IMG/VR virus record: IMGVR_UViG_3300032267_001484
Length of the DNA stretch: 64,000 nucleotides
Source: a virus
Strand: one strand, 5' to 3'
The position numbers and the translations under genes were made by a program. Under the pieces are notes generated by a model, which worked only from the letters and a program-made list of their open reading frames with translations, was not told where the DNA came from and ran no database searches. The first letter of the stretch is position 1; every line of letters starts with the position of its first letter. This document shows, in pieces, positions 45,261 to 55,998 of the stretch.

Positions 45261-46217
45261 TTATTTTGGTTTAATTGTTGCTACATCAGGGAAAGGAGAA
45301 TATTTTTGTATTGCTTTATTATTATAAAAATCATTTTTAATGCAATATTCCTTAAATTCTTTTATACATTCTTCATAACTAAATAATTTACCATCTCTAT
45401 CCATGTAAGTATAACCAGGATAAATATTATACCCACAAGACCAATATCCATCACTTGTATTATGGCGAAGCATGTATTTAGGAGCTATTATATATTTTAG
45501 TGTTTCACTAGTAAGTGAAGGAAATATAGAAAAACTAGAATTAGATACTATTAAATATTTAGCATTTTTTATTATAGCATAATCTTCACCAATCCCAAAA
45601 TCAAAGATATTATCAGATAATTCAGGAAGAAAATGTTTTATAGTTTGTGGATCTTCTGTTATAACTAAAAAGGTAAAATTTGGATTAATATTTAACATAT
45701 GGTTAATAGCATTAATCCAATAATTTCTAGATAAAAATACAGCTTCGTCTAAATTAGCTCTAATATTTAAAATACATACATCTTCTGAACTAAATCTATA
45801 AGTATCATATTCTGGTTTAATTTTAAGCCATTGCTTAATTTCATCTATTCTATGGTAGAAATAGTCAGATCCTTGCATTATTCCTAAGACATGAGAGTTA
45901 TCAGGGATATTTTTTAATTTTTCATCTATTATGTTAACCCAAGCTCCATAATTAATATCATGGAAACAAGAATTATTAAAATATCTATACTCAACTTCAT
46001 TATAAAAGAGTTCTATTTTACTTTCATCTACTTTTTTACCTAAATCTAAATCTATAAAATATAATCCTTTATCATTATATCTCTTATCTCCCCAGCAGCC
46101 ATGAGGATCATGAATTCCAAAATCAACACCTCTATCAGCAGCTAATGCTCTAGTAGTAACATAACATGCTAACTGATTTCCTAATCCTTGTCCATATAAT
46201 ATTTCGGTTGAAATCAT
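45261..46217 (-). CDS. GT11-like (alpha-1,2-fucosyltransferase-like) protein
   Basis: GQGLGNQL and IVSNSSFS; the canonical HxRRGD motif has diverged (NIRAN). Confidence 0.7.
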   Translation of the reverse strand: MISTEILYGQGLGNQLACYVTTRALAADRGVDFGIHDPHGCWGDKRYNDKGLYFIDLDLGKKVDESKIELFYNEVEYRYFNNSCFHDINYGAWVNIIDEKLKNIPDNSHVLGIMQGSDYFYHRIDEIKQWLKIKPEYDTYRFSSEDVCILNIRANLDEAVFLSRNYWINAINHMLNINPNFTFLVITEDPQTIKHFLPELSDNIFDFGIGEDYAIIKNAKYLIVSNSSFSIFPSLTSETLKYIIAPKYMLRHNTSDGYWSCGYNIYPGYTYMDRDGKLFSYEECIKEFKEYCIKNDFYNNKAIQKYSPFPDVATIKPK

Positions 46218-47152
46218 TTAACTAAATGTTTATATTTATTTATATTTTCGATTAAGTATTCAGGATGATCATATCCTATTTCTACCTTAACCGATTTATC
46301 TCCTCTAAAATCATAGATAACATCATTAGTATCCAACATTTTATCAATACTTTCCAAAATATTATTTCTATTATTTTCTTGATGGCTATAAGATTTTAAC
46401 TTAGTTTTAACTCTATCTATACCTCCCATCCAACTAAAATGCCACCCCCCATTCATTATATCATTGTTTGCTTGGGCTCGTAATTCATTAAGAGAATAAG
46501 ATTTCATTTTTTCCCAAGTACCCATTCTAGAACCTTTCCAATTAGTGTTTATTTCAGTATTATATGGAGTATTATCAATATGGGAATAATGCACCATGTT
46601 TAAATAATAACAATAATGAGTTTGATTAAATGTATAAAATTCATCTGATTCAAAGAATTCATTTAATCTCAATAATATTTCAGGATTAGGAATTTCATCC
46701 ACATCTGATGATAGTAATATATCTTCACTATTAGCGTTAACCATTCCTAATTTAACACATTCTTTCTGGAAGAAATCTCTACCAAATCCCCTTTGATTAG
46801 GATCAAATCTGTTAAAAAGTTTAGTTTTACTAATGTCACTGTATATATTGGTAAAACATTGCTCTTTAAAATTAGTAGGAGTAATTTGAGGTATATTTTC
46901 AAAATTATCAGGAATATAATCTAATTTAATATGAATAATTTTATTAAGAAATTTAGAAAATTTTTCTTTATTTTCTTCAAAATAAAAAGGTTTAGGATTA
47001 CCTTGGTGAGTAACGGGGGCTTCAACTAGTATAAAATAATCTACTACGTCATTTAAAACATTTAATCTAATTTCTAATAAATCTAATTCATTAAAAAATA
47101 AAAATCCATCATATATTTTCATATACTTATTTTTTTGTAAAGTAATAATCAT
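46214..47152 (-). CDS. glycosyltransferase family 17 (MGAT3-like)
   Basis: FFNELDLLEIRL, SDVDEIP, GGWHFSW and KLKSYSH motifs; probable start MKIYDG. Confidence 0.88.
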   Translation of the reverse strand: MIITLQKNKYMKIYDGFLFFNELDLLEIRLNVLNDVVDYFILVEAPVTHQGNPKPFYFEENKEKFSKFLNKIIHIKLDYIPDNFENIPQITPTNFKEQCFTNIYSDISKTKLFNRFDPNQRGFGRDFFQKECVKLGMVNANSEDILLSSDVDEIPNPEILLRLNEFFESDEFYTFNQTHYCYYLNMVHYSHIDNTPYNTEINTNWKGSRMGTWEKMKSYSLNELRAQANNDIMNGGWHFSWMGGIDRVKTKLKSYSHQENNRNNILESIDKMLDTNDVIYDFRGDKSVKVEIGYDHPEYLIENINKYKHLVK

Positions 47153-47888
47153 TAATTCCTCCTACACCTTCATTATCAATATTAAATAGAGATGAGGCTA
47201 TATTGAAAAATTCATAGTTAATTCTATTATAGCTAAAATAAGCTAATGTTGAATTTTTTACAATCTTATCAAAATAATTTAGTTGTGTTTCAGTATTACA
47301 TTCGGATATAGCTGCACAGCTTATACATAGATCTACATTAGAAATTTCTGTTAATTCATTACATGGAATAAAAGTAACTTTTTTATATATTTCAGGAAAA
47401 TGACTTAAATATTTTTTATTTAACTCAACCACTTCAGGCAAATCTACTATTACATACTCTTCATATTCACATAAAGAATCCATCATTATACATAAAGCTC
47501 CATACCCAGTTCCTATTTCTACAATTTTATTAAATTTGTTAGTTTTAAATTTATTTATAACATTTAGACCTTGCCAAACATATAAAAAAGTAAAAGGACA
47601 TACATCCCCATATTCTCCATAATTCCTAATTATAGGACCACCATATATATCATTTCTTTTAAATAAAGATAGTTTTTCTTTTAATAAATCACTTCCATGT
47701 TTATCTAATATCATTCTAAGCCATAATTCACCACAATTAGCATCTCCTTCCAAAATACCCCCAGCACTTCCTAATTTTTGTCTAAATGTTTCAAATTCTT
47801 GCTCATTATTTACAAATAATCTGATAGCGCTTATATAGTTGTCTGCTATATTGCTTTTTATATAATCCCACCCATATGATTGTTCCAT
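47127..47888 (-). CDS. putative sugar O-methyltransferase
   Basis: IVEIGTGYG, VDLPEV and AISEC motifs. Confidence 0.78.
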   Translation of the reverse strand: MEQSYGWDYIKSNIADNYISAIRLFVNNEQEFETFRQKLGSAGGILEGDANCGELWLRMILDKHGSDLLKEKLSLFKRNDIYGGPIIRNYGEYGDVCPFTFLYVWQGLNVINKFKTNKFNKIVEIGTGYGALCIMMDSLCEYEEYVIVDLPEVVELNKKYLSHFPEIYKKVTFIPCNELTEISNVDLCISCAAISECNTETQLNYFDKIVKNSTLAYFSYNRINYEFFNIASSLFNIDNEGVGGINDYYFTKK

Positions 47889-48628
47889 TATTTATATTTT
47901 TGTATAATGTATTCTAATTCTTTTTTTCTTATATCTTCAGTTGCTAAAGTATTACTTACTTGATTTTTATGTTCTCTATTAACTATAGTAATATAATTAC
48001 AAATACTAGGTAATCCAAACTTATCATATAATCTTTTATAATAGTCTACATCCATCAACCAAAATAAATTTTCATCAAAATATACTATATCTTCATTTTT
48101 AAACATTAATACACTAGGAGAACTAATTGTATTTTCACCATATTGGATATTATCATGGTATTTGGGATAGAAAGGATTATATATATTAATTCCATCTTTA
48201 CTATGGCAACAAGCAGTAATTAACCATGGGTTGTGATTACCCAATAAATGAACTAACTGAGTTTCTAGGCTCATGTTATCATATAGATAGTCATCTTGGA
48301 ATAATACTTTTATTACTTCACCATTTGCTTTTTTTAAAGCGTTATTAATATTAAAAGATGAAATTCCTCTATTTTCATTATTATAATAATGTTTAATACT
48401 TAATTTGTTACTCCATTTGTCACATAATTCTTCTATTAATGATGTTTGACTATGATCCGATATAACTACTTCAAAGTTAGAATATGTTTGCTGTGAGAAT
48501 AAATTAAAAGAATGTTCTAGATATTCTACTCCTTTTCCTTTCATTTCATAAGTAGGAATACAAATACTAACTAAAGGATGCATATTAACTATTTTTAGAA
48601 CAAAATAAAACACCCATATGTGGAGCAC
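47888..48628 (-). CDS. glycosyltransferase family 2
   Basis: VSICIPTYE, EVVISD and LFQDD motifs; probable start MHPLVS. Confidence 0.85.
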   Translation of the reverse strand: MLHIWVFYFVLKIVNMHPLVSICIPTYEMKGKGVEYLEHSFNLFSQQTYSNFEVVISDHSQTSLIEELCDKWSNKLSIKHYYNNENRGISSFNINNALKKANGEVIKVLFQDDYLYDNMSLETQLVHLLGNHNPWLITACCHSKDGINIYNPFYPKYHDNIQYGENTISSPSVLMFKNEDIVYFDENLFWLMDVDYYKRLYDKFGLPSICNYITIVNREHKNQVSNTLATEDIRKKELEYIIQKYK

Positions 48629-49109
48629 TTACAAATCCAAATTTTGCTTCTGTATGAATTGTAAATCCCCATTCTTGGATTTTATTAGTAATTTTTTCTA
48701 AAATATCTAAACTATGATATTCAAGACCTAATTCTACTACATTTTTCATATCTTCCTTAGTTAAAGGATAAAAATTTGTTTCATGTCCTTCTATATCACA
48801 TTTAATAACTGATGGGTTATATGTCTCTATTAGTTCTTTTATTGATTCTGGTGAGTCAATATATCTTCCAAAAAATGTGTATTTTTCTGGATTTATATTG
48901 TTGCTGTTAAAATAGTCTATTTCAGATGGAGAGGCATCAATAGCTATAATTTTAGTTGCTCCTTTTTCTCCTAGATATACAGCACTAGATTGATATATGT
49001 CATGTGTATCATGTCGACCACATCCTAGATCCAATAATATTTTTCCTTCTGTATTTAGATAAGGCCAATGATGCTCTGAATTTTCTGATAAAATTGTGTG
49101 TTGGTTCAT
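48585..49109 (-). CDS. SAM-dependent methyltransferase (FkbM-like)
   Basis: LLDLGCG, KCDIEG.E and LEYH motifs. Confidence 0.75.
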   Translation of the reverse strand: MNQHTILSENSEHHWPYLNTEGKILLDLGCGRHDTHDIYQSSAVYLGEKGATKIIAIDASPSEIDYFNSNNINPEKYTFFGRYIDSPESIKELIETYNPSVIKCDIEGHETNFYPLTKEDMKNVVELGLEYHSLDILEKITNKIQEWGFTIHTEAKFGFVSAPHMGVLFCSKNS

Positions 49110-49112
49110 TTT

Positions 49113-49727
49113 TTATTTAGATTTGAAAACTCCTACTCTTTGGAATTGTGTTATAAATTCTATTTTATTTTCTTCTATAGCTTGATCACAAGCCTGTTTT
49201 ACTCCTGTCCACATCCCACATCCATAATCATGGAAAACTAAATATCCATCTTTTTTAAGTTTAGGTAAATAGGCATTTATATCTCCATAAACCCCCTCAT
49301 ATGAGTGATCAGCATCTATTAATATTATATCAAAAGATTCATTTTCAAAATTATCTACAACATCTAATGTTTTTCCTTTTACATATTTAATTTTACCAGA
49401 GTCTATAAATGGTTTACAGTTTTTTTTAAATTGACCAAAAATATCATTTTTATTTACTTCTTTGTCTTGGTATAATTTTTGATCACTTAAATAAACTGTT
49501 TTTTGTCTTAAATCATTATTTAAGTGTTCATAAGTATCATCCCAAGCATCAACACAAGTAACATTATCAGCAACATCTGCCATTACATAGGCACTTTGCC
49601 CCATTTCTGATCCTAATTCTAGAATGGTTTTATTGTGAGATATGTCATATACAAATTTCAATTCTTCTTTTTCCATTCCTCCAAATCCAAAAGACCACAC
49701 ATATTCTACTAATTCATTTCTTTCCAT
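49113..49727 (-). CDS. class I SAM methyltransferase (Methyltransf_24-like)
   Basis: LELGS..G.S, IDADHSYE and VFHDY motifs. Confidence 0.85.
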   Translation of the reverse strand: MERNELVEYVWSFGFGGMEKEELKFVYDISHNKTILELGSEMGQSAYVMADVADNVTCVDAWDDTYEHLNNDLRQKTVYLSDQKLYQDKEVNKNDIFGQFKKNCKPFIDSGKIKYVKGKTLDVVDNFENESFDIILIDADHSYEGVYGDINAYLPKLKKDGYLVFHDYGCGMWTGVKQACDQAIEENKIEFITQFQRVGVFKSK

Positions 49728-49729
49728 TA

Positions 49730-50404
49730 TTATTTACTTTTTGTTATTAAAAAAAATCCATTTCCATGTTTATATTGGGGTACCCATTTTTCTTTTATAT
49801 TACCAAAATGATAATTAAAATAAGTTAATTCAAACCCTGCTTTTTTAATCTTATTAATCCACCATTCTTCATCTTTTCTAGTTACGTGAGTTTTATCAAT
49901 TTCATATTCTCTGATTCTAAAAGCATCATTATCTCCAAGAGGGATTACAAGTAAAGCCTGATTGCATACTTTAAAAAATTCAGATAGGGTTTCATCTATA
50001 TCTTCTTCAGGGATATGTTCAAGTACATCTTTAGCTATGAGCAAATCTGTTTTTAAACCCATTTTTGATAGGGGTTTATCAAGTAGAAATAATTGATCTT
50101 TTACTTGAGGTAAACAGTTTTGTAAGGCGTACTCACTAATATCTACACCTACTGCTTTTTTTCCAAGAAGAGTTAAGGCATGTACTAGAAATCCTTTTGC
50201 ACATCCAAAATCCAAAACAGAAGTAAATCCTATATTTTCACATATAGTAATAGCTTCGGGTATACTTCTAGTAGGCATCCATTTATAACTTTCATACCCA
50301 CTTATACCTTTTTTAATACCATTTTCGTAATAATCCTGATTAAATTTATTATTTTTCATATTATGCAAATTCATTGTGTTTAGTTGGTCTAACAATATCA
50401 TCAA
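49730..50404 (-). CDS. class I SAM methyltransferase
   Basis: VLDFGCAKG, GVDIS and DVLEHI motifs. Confidence 0.85.
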   Translation of the reverse strand: MMILLDQLNTMNLHNMKNNKFNQDYYENGIKKGISGYESYKWMPTRSIPEAITICENIGFTSVLDFGCAKGFLVHALTLLGKKAVGVDISEYALQNCLPQVKDQLFLLDKPLSKMGLKTDLLIAKDVLEHIPEEDIDETLSEFFKVCNQALLVIPLGDNDAFRIREYEIDKTHVTRKDEEWWINKIKKAGFELTYFNYHFGNIKEKWVPQYKHGNGFFLITKSK

Positions 50405-51416
50405 TTAGCTCATTTTGAAGAGCATATTTACAAAAAGAACATCCGTGGTGTCTTCTTGTAACTCCTCCTTTTTCATAAAAATCTAAAATACCATCAATAT
50501 CACATATTTTAAATTCATCATTAACTTGATAATTATTTTCAGGGGCTAATTCAGCAGAGGGACATACATAAACATTACCATCTGTAAAGACACATGGTTT
50601 TACCATATGCATATAGCAATGATCATTTCTACGTTCTCCTTTAAAATTAAAATCAGATAAAAAAGCATATTTTAAATCTCTACCATTTAAAACTTCACGT
50701 ATAGAATTAATATCTTTTTTTACTTCCTCTACAGGTTTAATAGCATTAAAGGCAATACGAGTTGGTATTTTATTTTCTTCAACCCAATCAATCATCCTTA
50801 AAAAACTTTCTCTTTTTTGGAAGTTTTTAGAAAGCTTTTTCTTTGAAGCATCAGACCACTGTCCTGTAATATTAGGATTAGTTGAGGTTTCAATTGCTTC
50901 ATCCCAAACATAAGCAGCACTTATTTCTATATCTAATCCTTCAAATACACTCAAATCATAATCATATCCTTCATAAAACCCATACATTCCTAAACGTACC
51001 CATGCCATTTTATCCCAAGATTTAATTTTATTAAGTTTAGTACCATTAGTACAAACTCCTATTTTAAAACCTTTAGAATAAGCATATTCTACAACTTCAT
51101 CAAAATCTGGGTGGAGTGTGGGTTCTCCCCCTCCTGTCAATTCCATTCCTGTTACTCCTAGTTTGGCAAATGAATCAATAGCTTTTTTCATTTGTTCTAA
51201 GGTTAACATTTCTTTCATTGCTCTATTAGCAAAGCAACAAAAAGTACATGTTAAATTACATGGATTACATGGAGACATATGAAACATTACAGGAGATGGA
51301 ACTCTAAATTCTCCTGCCATTCCCTCCTGAATTGTTTGAAGTTTATCTAGATGTTTTAGAAGTTTAACATGGTTACTAGTGTAACTACGTCCTTCTGTTT
51401 TTTCTGTTTGACTCAT
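50361..51416 (-). CDS. radical SAM enzyme with SPASM/twitch-like C-terminus
   Basis: CNLTCTFC, GGGEPTLH, TNG and C...DGNVYVC...CSFC motifs. Confidence 0.88.
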   Translation of the reverse strand: MSQTEKTEGRSYTSNHVKLLKHLDKLQTIQEGMAGEFRVPSPVMFHMSPCNPCNLTCTFCCFANRAMKEMLTLEQMKKAIDSFAKLGVTGMELTGGGEPTLHPDFDEVVEYAYSKGFKIGVCTNGTKLNKIKSWDKMAWVRLGMYGFYEGYDYDLSVFEGLDIEISAAYVWDEAIETSTNPNITGQWSDASKKKLSKNFQKRESFLRMIDWVEENKIPTRIAFNAIKPVEEVKKDINSIREVLNGRDLKYAFLSDFNFKGERRNDHCYMHMVKPCVFTDGNVYVCPSAELAPENNYQVNDEFKICDIDGILDFYEKGGVTRRHHGCSFCKYALQNELIDDIVRPTKHNEFA

Positions 51417-51419
51417 AAA

Positions 51420-52088
51420 TTATTGTTTTTCTTTATATTTGTTTTCAAAAATAATTTGCATTGATCTTTCTATAATATGTGTTTCTCTTCCACCATTCAT
51501 TCCTATTTCTTGACATACAGCATTCATAAGTTTATTCCAAAAATTCTTAGAATAAAATAAACATCTTTCTTTTTCAACAATAAGCTGGGAGCCAGGAGGA
51601 AAAGTTACTGTATCTTGATGAGTATAATTTTCAAATATATGGTTGGCGTAGTCATCAAAACTTAAAAATTTGCTTGGAGGTTTATGTGAATTCCAAGGTT
51701 CATTTAAATACCAACTATTATTACTTTCCCAATAGGGTTTCCCATCATGATAATTTCCCTCAGGATAAGCACTATCTCCAAACAATAATGTAAAACTATT
51801 ATTGTATATTAATTTATAAAATCTATCAGATAGACAATGGTCAAATGGATTTCCCTGAACAAAGGCCATTAGTTCAGGTAAATTATCATAGTTATCATGT
51901 ATATAACGAAATACATCATATTGATTGCCTCCAAAATTGGGGGCTATAATTTGTTTATATTCAGAAGGTAATTCTTCTCCTTTATTATAAATAATATAAT
52001 TATCTGTTAAAGATTTAACCCAACTAACATCTTCTTTATACCTAGATATAACTAGGAAAGCATTTAGTTTATTTTCTATTATATTCAT
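51420..52088 (-). CDS. DUF3431-like protein
   Basis: VISRYKEDVSW, IYNKG, YIHDNYDNLP..F.QG.PFDH and H.IER motifs. Confidence 0.75.
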   Translation of the reverse strand: MNIIENKLNAFLVISRYKEDVSWVKSLTDNYIIYNKGEELPSEYKQIIAPNFGGNQYDVFRYIHDNYDNLPELMAFVQGNPFDHCLSDRFYKLIYNNSFTLLFGDSAYPEGNYHDGKPYWESNNSWYLNEPWNSHKPPSKFLSFDDYANHIFENYTHQDTVTFPPGSQLIVEKERCLFYSKNFWNKLMNAVCQEIGMNGGRETHIIERSMQIIFENKYKEKQ

Positions 52089-52094
52089 TATTAT

Positions 52095-52910
52095 TTATAT
52101 ATTATTTAACTCAATTATTTCTTTCAATATTGCTTTAAATCTCATAAAATATTCAGCATAATGTATTGACATTTGGTAGTTATACTCAATATATTCTTTC
52201 CTTGAATGATAATCATTTTCAGTTAAAGAATTAATAATATTAAAAAATTCTTCTTCTGTGTTAAATATAATAAATCCTCTTGGATCAAAAAAATCTCCTA
52301 TATTTGGGCAGCCCCAATAGATAGGAATAGTCTTAGTTATAAAACTGTCTACTATTTTCTCACTAAAATAATTTTGGTTTTGAGAATTTTCTATAGCAAT
52401 ATGAAACATATTATTTCCAAAACATATATCTTTAGGTCCCTCTATAGTGTAATACCATTTTTTAGGAATAGTAACCTGGTCTTGTTTTGAGTATATTTTT
52501 TGTCTTAATTTTTGTCCTTCTATATTATTTTTTGTTCCACATAAATATGTTACTTCAAATTTTTTTTCTATATTTGCTAATTCTTTATATTTATCTTTAC
52601 CATGTAGAAAAGTAGTGCCAAAAGGTAATAAAATAGAATTATCGCATTTTTCCAAAATCTGAGAGCTCCAGGTTAATATACAGTTAAAATAGTTTTGAGA
52701 TGAAATAGCCCAATTATGTAACCCAAATAATTGGTCTGGTTCTAATATTATTAGTATATTGTAAGGATTAATATTTAACTCATCTGCAGTAGGAATATAA
52801 TCATTAAAAATGCTAATTGGTTTATTTTTAAACCAAGGATCATCCCCTATAAATTTATTATATAATTCAGGGGGCATAAAATTACTTTTAATAATCATAT
52901 ATTGATCCAC
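52095..52910 (-). CDS. GT10-like (alpha-1,3-fucosyltransferase-like) protein
   Basis: FHIAIENS...YFSEKI.D...TIPIYWG signature. Confidence 0.85.
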   Translation of the reverse strand: MDQYMIIKSNFMPPELYNKFIGDDPWFKNKPISIFNDYIPTADELNINPYNILIILEPDQLFGLHNWAISSQNYFNCILTWSSQILEKCDNSILLPFGTTFLHGKDKYKELANIEKKFEVTYLCGTKNNIEGQKLRQKIYSKQDQVTIPKKWYYTIEGPKDICFGNNMFHIAIENSQNQNYFSEKIVDSFITKTIPIYWGCPNIGDFFDPRGFIIFNTEEEFFNIINSLTENDYHSRKEYIEYNYQMSIHYAEYFMRFKAILKEIIELNNI

Positions 52911-53692
52911 TTAAAAGGATATAAATCAGTTAAAGATTTAGGGTTAGTAAACCACTTGCTGGGTGCTATTGTTTTTTTATTTGGGTTATTATTTAAATAT
53001 GCTCCCCACCATGAAAAAGAACTATTAGAAATTATATTATGATTACATAAAGACATTAAACATAGATCTTCAAAAGCATTATTTCCTTCTATAAAAATAA
53101 CACCCTCAGGAAATACTTGTTTACACCAACTAATATCATCAGAAAATATTAAAAAAGTATATTCATCATCGTTAAAATGATTTAATGATTCTTGAATATA
53201 CTCTGGTGTTATGGTCCAGTAATCGGGGTGCTTTACATAATCTCCTCTGCGAACATGGATAGAGACAGGATTAATGTAAGAAGAAATAGTTTTAGAGCTT
53301 TTAGTTAGAATTTCTTGTTTAAATGTAAATTCTTTTTTTATTTCATTATCATATTCTAAAAAGTATTTATATGATTGAAAATACCCCTCTATAGAAACAT
53401 TATCAGAAACATTAAATATATTAGAATCAAAATTAAAGCTTTGTTCTTGATACCCTAAAGGAAGATTTATATCTAACAAAGGACAATTAATTTCAAAACA
53501 ATCTAATAAATCTAGTTTATATTCTATCCATTTATTATTGGTAAAATCAAAAACACCATCTTGTTTTATTTTTATATTGTTCGGTAAAAAACAATCAAAC
53601 CCTGTTTTTAAAGAAACTGCTTTTAAAGCAGCATATTGAAACATTTGATTACCTAAACGACCACTATATCCTATACTTTTATGAGTTATCAT
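52895..53692 (-). CDS. GT11 alpha-1,2-fucosyltransferase
   Basis: GRLGNQMFQYA, GYFQS, HVRRGDY and NSSFSWWGAYL motifs. Confidence 0.92.
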   Translation of the reverse strand: MITHKSIGYSGRLGNQMFQYAALKAVSLKTGFDCFLPNNIKIKQDGVFDFTNNKWIEYKLDLLDCFEINCPLLDINLPLGYQEQSFNFDSNIFNVSDNVSIEGYFQSYKYFLEYDNEIKKEFTFKQEILTKSSKTISSYINPVSIHVRRGDYVKHPDYWTITPEYIQESLNHFNDDEYTFLIFSDDISWCKQVFPEGVIFIEGNNAFEDLCLMSLCNHNIISNSSFSWWGAYLNNNPNKKTIAPSKWFTNPKSLTDLYPFKWINI

Positions 53693-54303
53693 AATGTATT
53701 ATAAAATTGATTTTGTTTTTCTTGTCTTTCTATTGTTTTGGGATGAATCAAATCATATCCTTCTGGTAAATGGGATCCATTTTTAGCCCCAACTAAACGC
53801 TCATGAACTTTATTTATCCAATTTATCTCAGGAATATTTTTAAGTATACGTGTTTGGTAATCAGGATAATTAACCCACCCATTTTCGTTAACATACCATC
53901 CCCACTTTTGAATGTGTTCTTGAGTTAATCCTTCTACTGTATTAATTCTAGGAACAGCAAATAATTCAATTTCAGGATTTAATTCTAATATTTCTGGGAG
54001 TGATAGGAGTAACTCTTCTGAGAGGTATTCATCAGCATCTATTTGGAAGATATAATCTTTAGTGCAGTGTTTTTTAAGATTATTTTTAAAAGAAGCAAAA
54101 TCTTTATTCAATCCAAACTCTATAACATGCCAATTATCTCCCATATAGTCAAGACATAATGCTTTTATCTCAGAAGTAGCGGTTGTATCTATTTGAATTA
54201 CAACTTCATCTTCAGGGCGAATATTATCTATTAATTGAGTAAATAAACGCTCTAATTCTTCATGTTCATTATGAGCAGTGATAGCATAACTAATTAAAGG
54301 CAT
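53689..54303 (-). CDS. glycosyltransferase family 2
   Basis: FQIDADE, PDYQ.R and VHE motifs. Confidence 0.85.
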   Translation of the reverse strand: MPLISYAITAHNEHEELERLFTQLIDNIRPEDEVVIQIDTTATSEIKALCLDYMGDNWHVIEFGLNKDFASFKNNLKKHCTKDYIFQIDADEYLSEELLLSLPEILELNPEIELFAVPRINTVEGLTQEHIQKWGWYVNENGWVNYPDYQTRILKNIPEINWINKVHERLVGAKNGSHLPEGYDLIHPKTIERQEKQNQFYNTL

Positions 54304-54306
54304 AAC

Positions 54307-54702
54307 TTATTTTTGTTTAGTGAAGAAATCTATATAATCTAGAGCTTCTATAAATTCTTTTTCTCCAAAATATTTTAGAGTTTCCATATCTGCTTTTCCT
54401 TCTTTAGATTGAACAGCAGCCCATTTCCATTCATCTATATTTCTTCCATCAGCAAATATCATAGATTTATCTTCTAAAATTACTGTACTTGGATACCAAT
54501 GTAATCCTTTTTCATCTTGAAATTTGAGATCCTTATATAGCTGTGGGATTACAGATTCTACTTCTTCTAGTTTATCCTCTGTTAAAGTTGAATTGGATGT
54601 GAAACCACATCCAAAACAACTCCAAACAGTTAATTTATCATTAGAAACCTCATGACAAGCATTTCCACCACAACGAGGACAATCAATAAGTGATTCTTTC
54701 AT
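54307..54702 (-). CDS. zinc-ribbon protein
   Basis: CPRCG...CFGCG. Confidence 0.65.
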   Translation of the reverse strand: MKESLIDCPRCGGNACHEVSNDKLTVWSCFGCGFTSNSTLTEDKLEEVESVIPQLYKDLKFQDEKGLHWYPSTVILEDKSMIFADGRNIDEWKWAAVQSKEGKADMETLKYFGEKEFIEALDYIDFFTKQK

Positions 54703-55997
54703 TAGTCTACTTTTTTAAGTTTAGGTAGTTCAATTTTTTTCAATTGAGGAAGCTTAAGCTGTACTGGTTTGGGTACTTTATTTTCAAGAATAAAGGTTAA
54801 TTTCTCACCCATTTTTTCTAGACTAAATTCAGTACGTGAACGATAAGCTTGTCTTTTTGCCCCATCAACATATTTTTTATGGTTTTTATAAACATCTTCA
54901 AGAGTTTCAGATGCTTTTTTATAATTAACAGTAAACCATCCACTTTCAGGAAGTAACATATCTTGAACTACAGCTGAGGAATGGATTGGGGTAATTTCCC
55001 CAGGTAGAAGAATTGACATTTCCGGATCAAGAAAATCTAAATGACCACTCCAATTACTAACAATTACTGGTTTTTGTGACACTGATGCTTCAAGTAATGG
55101 ACGACCATAACCTTCGCCTTTAGTGAACGATACGTGTGCTTTTACTTTAGAATGATTATATAATTCATTTATTTCAATATCTGACAATTCACCATGGATT
55201 AAATATATGCTTGGTAAATCACCTTCCACCATACTTTCAATTTGTCTAATTCGATCTAATATTTCTTCTCTATCCATTATAGAGTGATTAACATTAGATG
55301 TTTTAAGGATAAGTCCTGGTTTTTGTTTTTTGTCTTTAAAAGTTTCAAGGAATGTTTTAATCAGCATACCTGTATCTTTTCTATCTTGACCCAATTCACC
55401 TTGCAACCAATGGCCTACATAAAGGAAATTAAAATCTTCTTTAATATCATCTACTATATTCCATAATTCACTATCATTGACAGCATCTATTTTTTGATAG
55501 ATATTAGTATTAACACCTTCAAATAATACTTCAACTGGTTTTTCAAGTCTAATTTGTCTTACTACTTGTCCTTGTTGATTTTTTTCTTCAAATGTGCTAT
55601 TTTCAAATACTTTTTTAGCATGCTCTGATGAAGCTAAAATTAGATCCATTCTATTGCAACCATCAATCCATTGAGGAGCACAAATTGTAGTCTCAATACC
55701 TGCTGTGATACCAATATTAAATTTACCTACTGGTTGGAATTCATTTGGTACTGTAATCTGAATCCAACAATCTGGTTGTTTTGGGAGTTGGGGTTGACTC
55801 CAAATACAATTAATCATTAATTGATGATCAAGATTATTTGGGTTAAGAAACCCAAATGGGGTACTTCCCCATCTTTGAGGTACTATTTTTACCTCATATT
55901 TTTCTGACTTGATGATTGATAAGGCAATATCTCGAGAACGAGCCCCATACCCAGAATAGGTATCGATAGGGCAACTTATAAAAACTAGTGGTTTCAT
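54702..55997 (-). CDS. GT-B (GT4-like) glycosyltransferase
   Basis: SGYG, RKD and GEGYGRPLLEA...WSGH.DF motifs. Confidence 0.85.
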   Translation of the reverse strand: MKPLVFISCPIDTYSGYGARSRDIALSIIKSEKYEVKIVPQRWGSTPFGFLNPNNLDHQLMINCIWSQPQLPKQPDCWIQITVPNEFQPVGKFNIGITAGIETTICAPQWIDGCNRMDLILASSEHAKKVFENSTFEEKNQQGQVVRQIRLEKPVEVLFEGVNTNIYQKIDAVNDSELWNIVDDIKEDFNFLYVGHWLQGELGQDRKDTGMLIKTFLETFKDKKQKPGLILKTSNVNHSIMDREEILDRIRQIESMVEGDLPSIYLIHGELSDIEINELYNHSKVKAHVSFTKGEGYGRPLLEASVSQKPVIVSNWSGHLDFLDPEMSILLPGEITPIHSSAVVQDMLLPESGWFTVNYKKASETLEDVYKNHKKYVDGAKRQAYRSRTEFSLEKMGEKLTFILENKVPKPVQLKLPQLKKIELPKLKKVD

Positions 55998-55998
55998 A

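Noticed and set aside
50361-51416. Radical SAM enzyme as a viperin or QueE
   Set aside because: It has a Cys-rich SPASM/twitch-like C-terminus and sits among sugar-modifying genes; viperin- and QueE-specific motifs are not evident.
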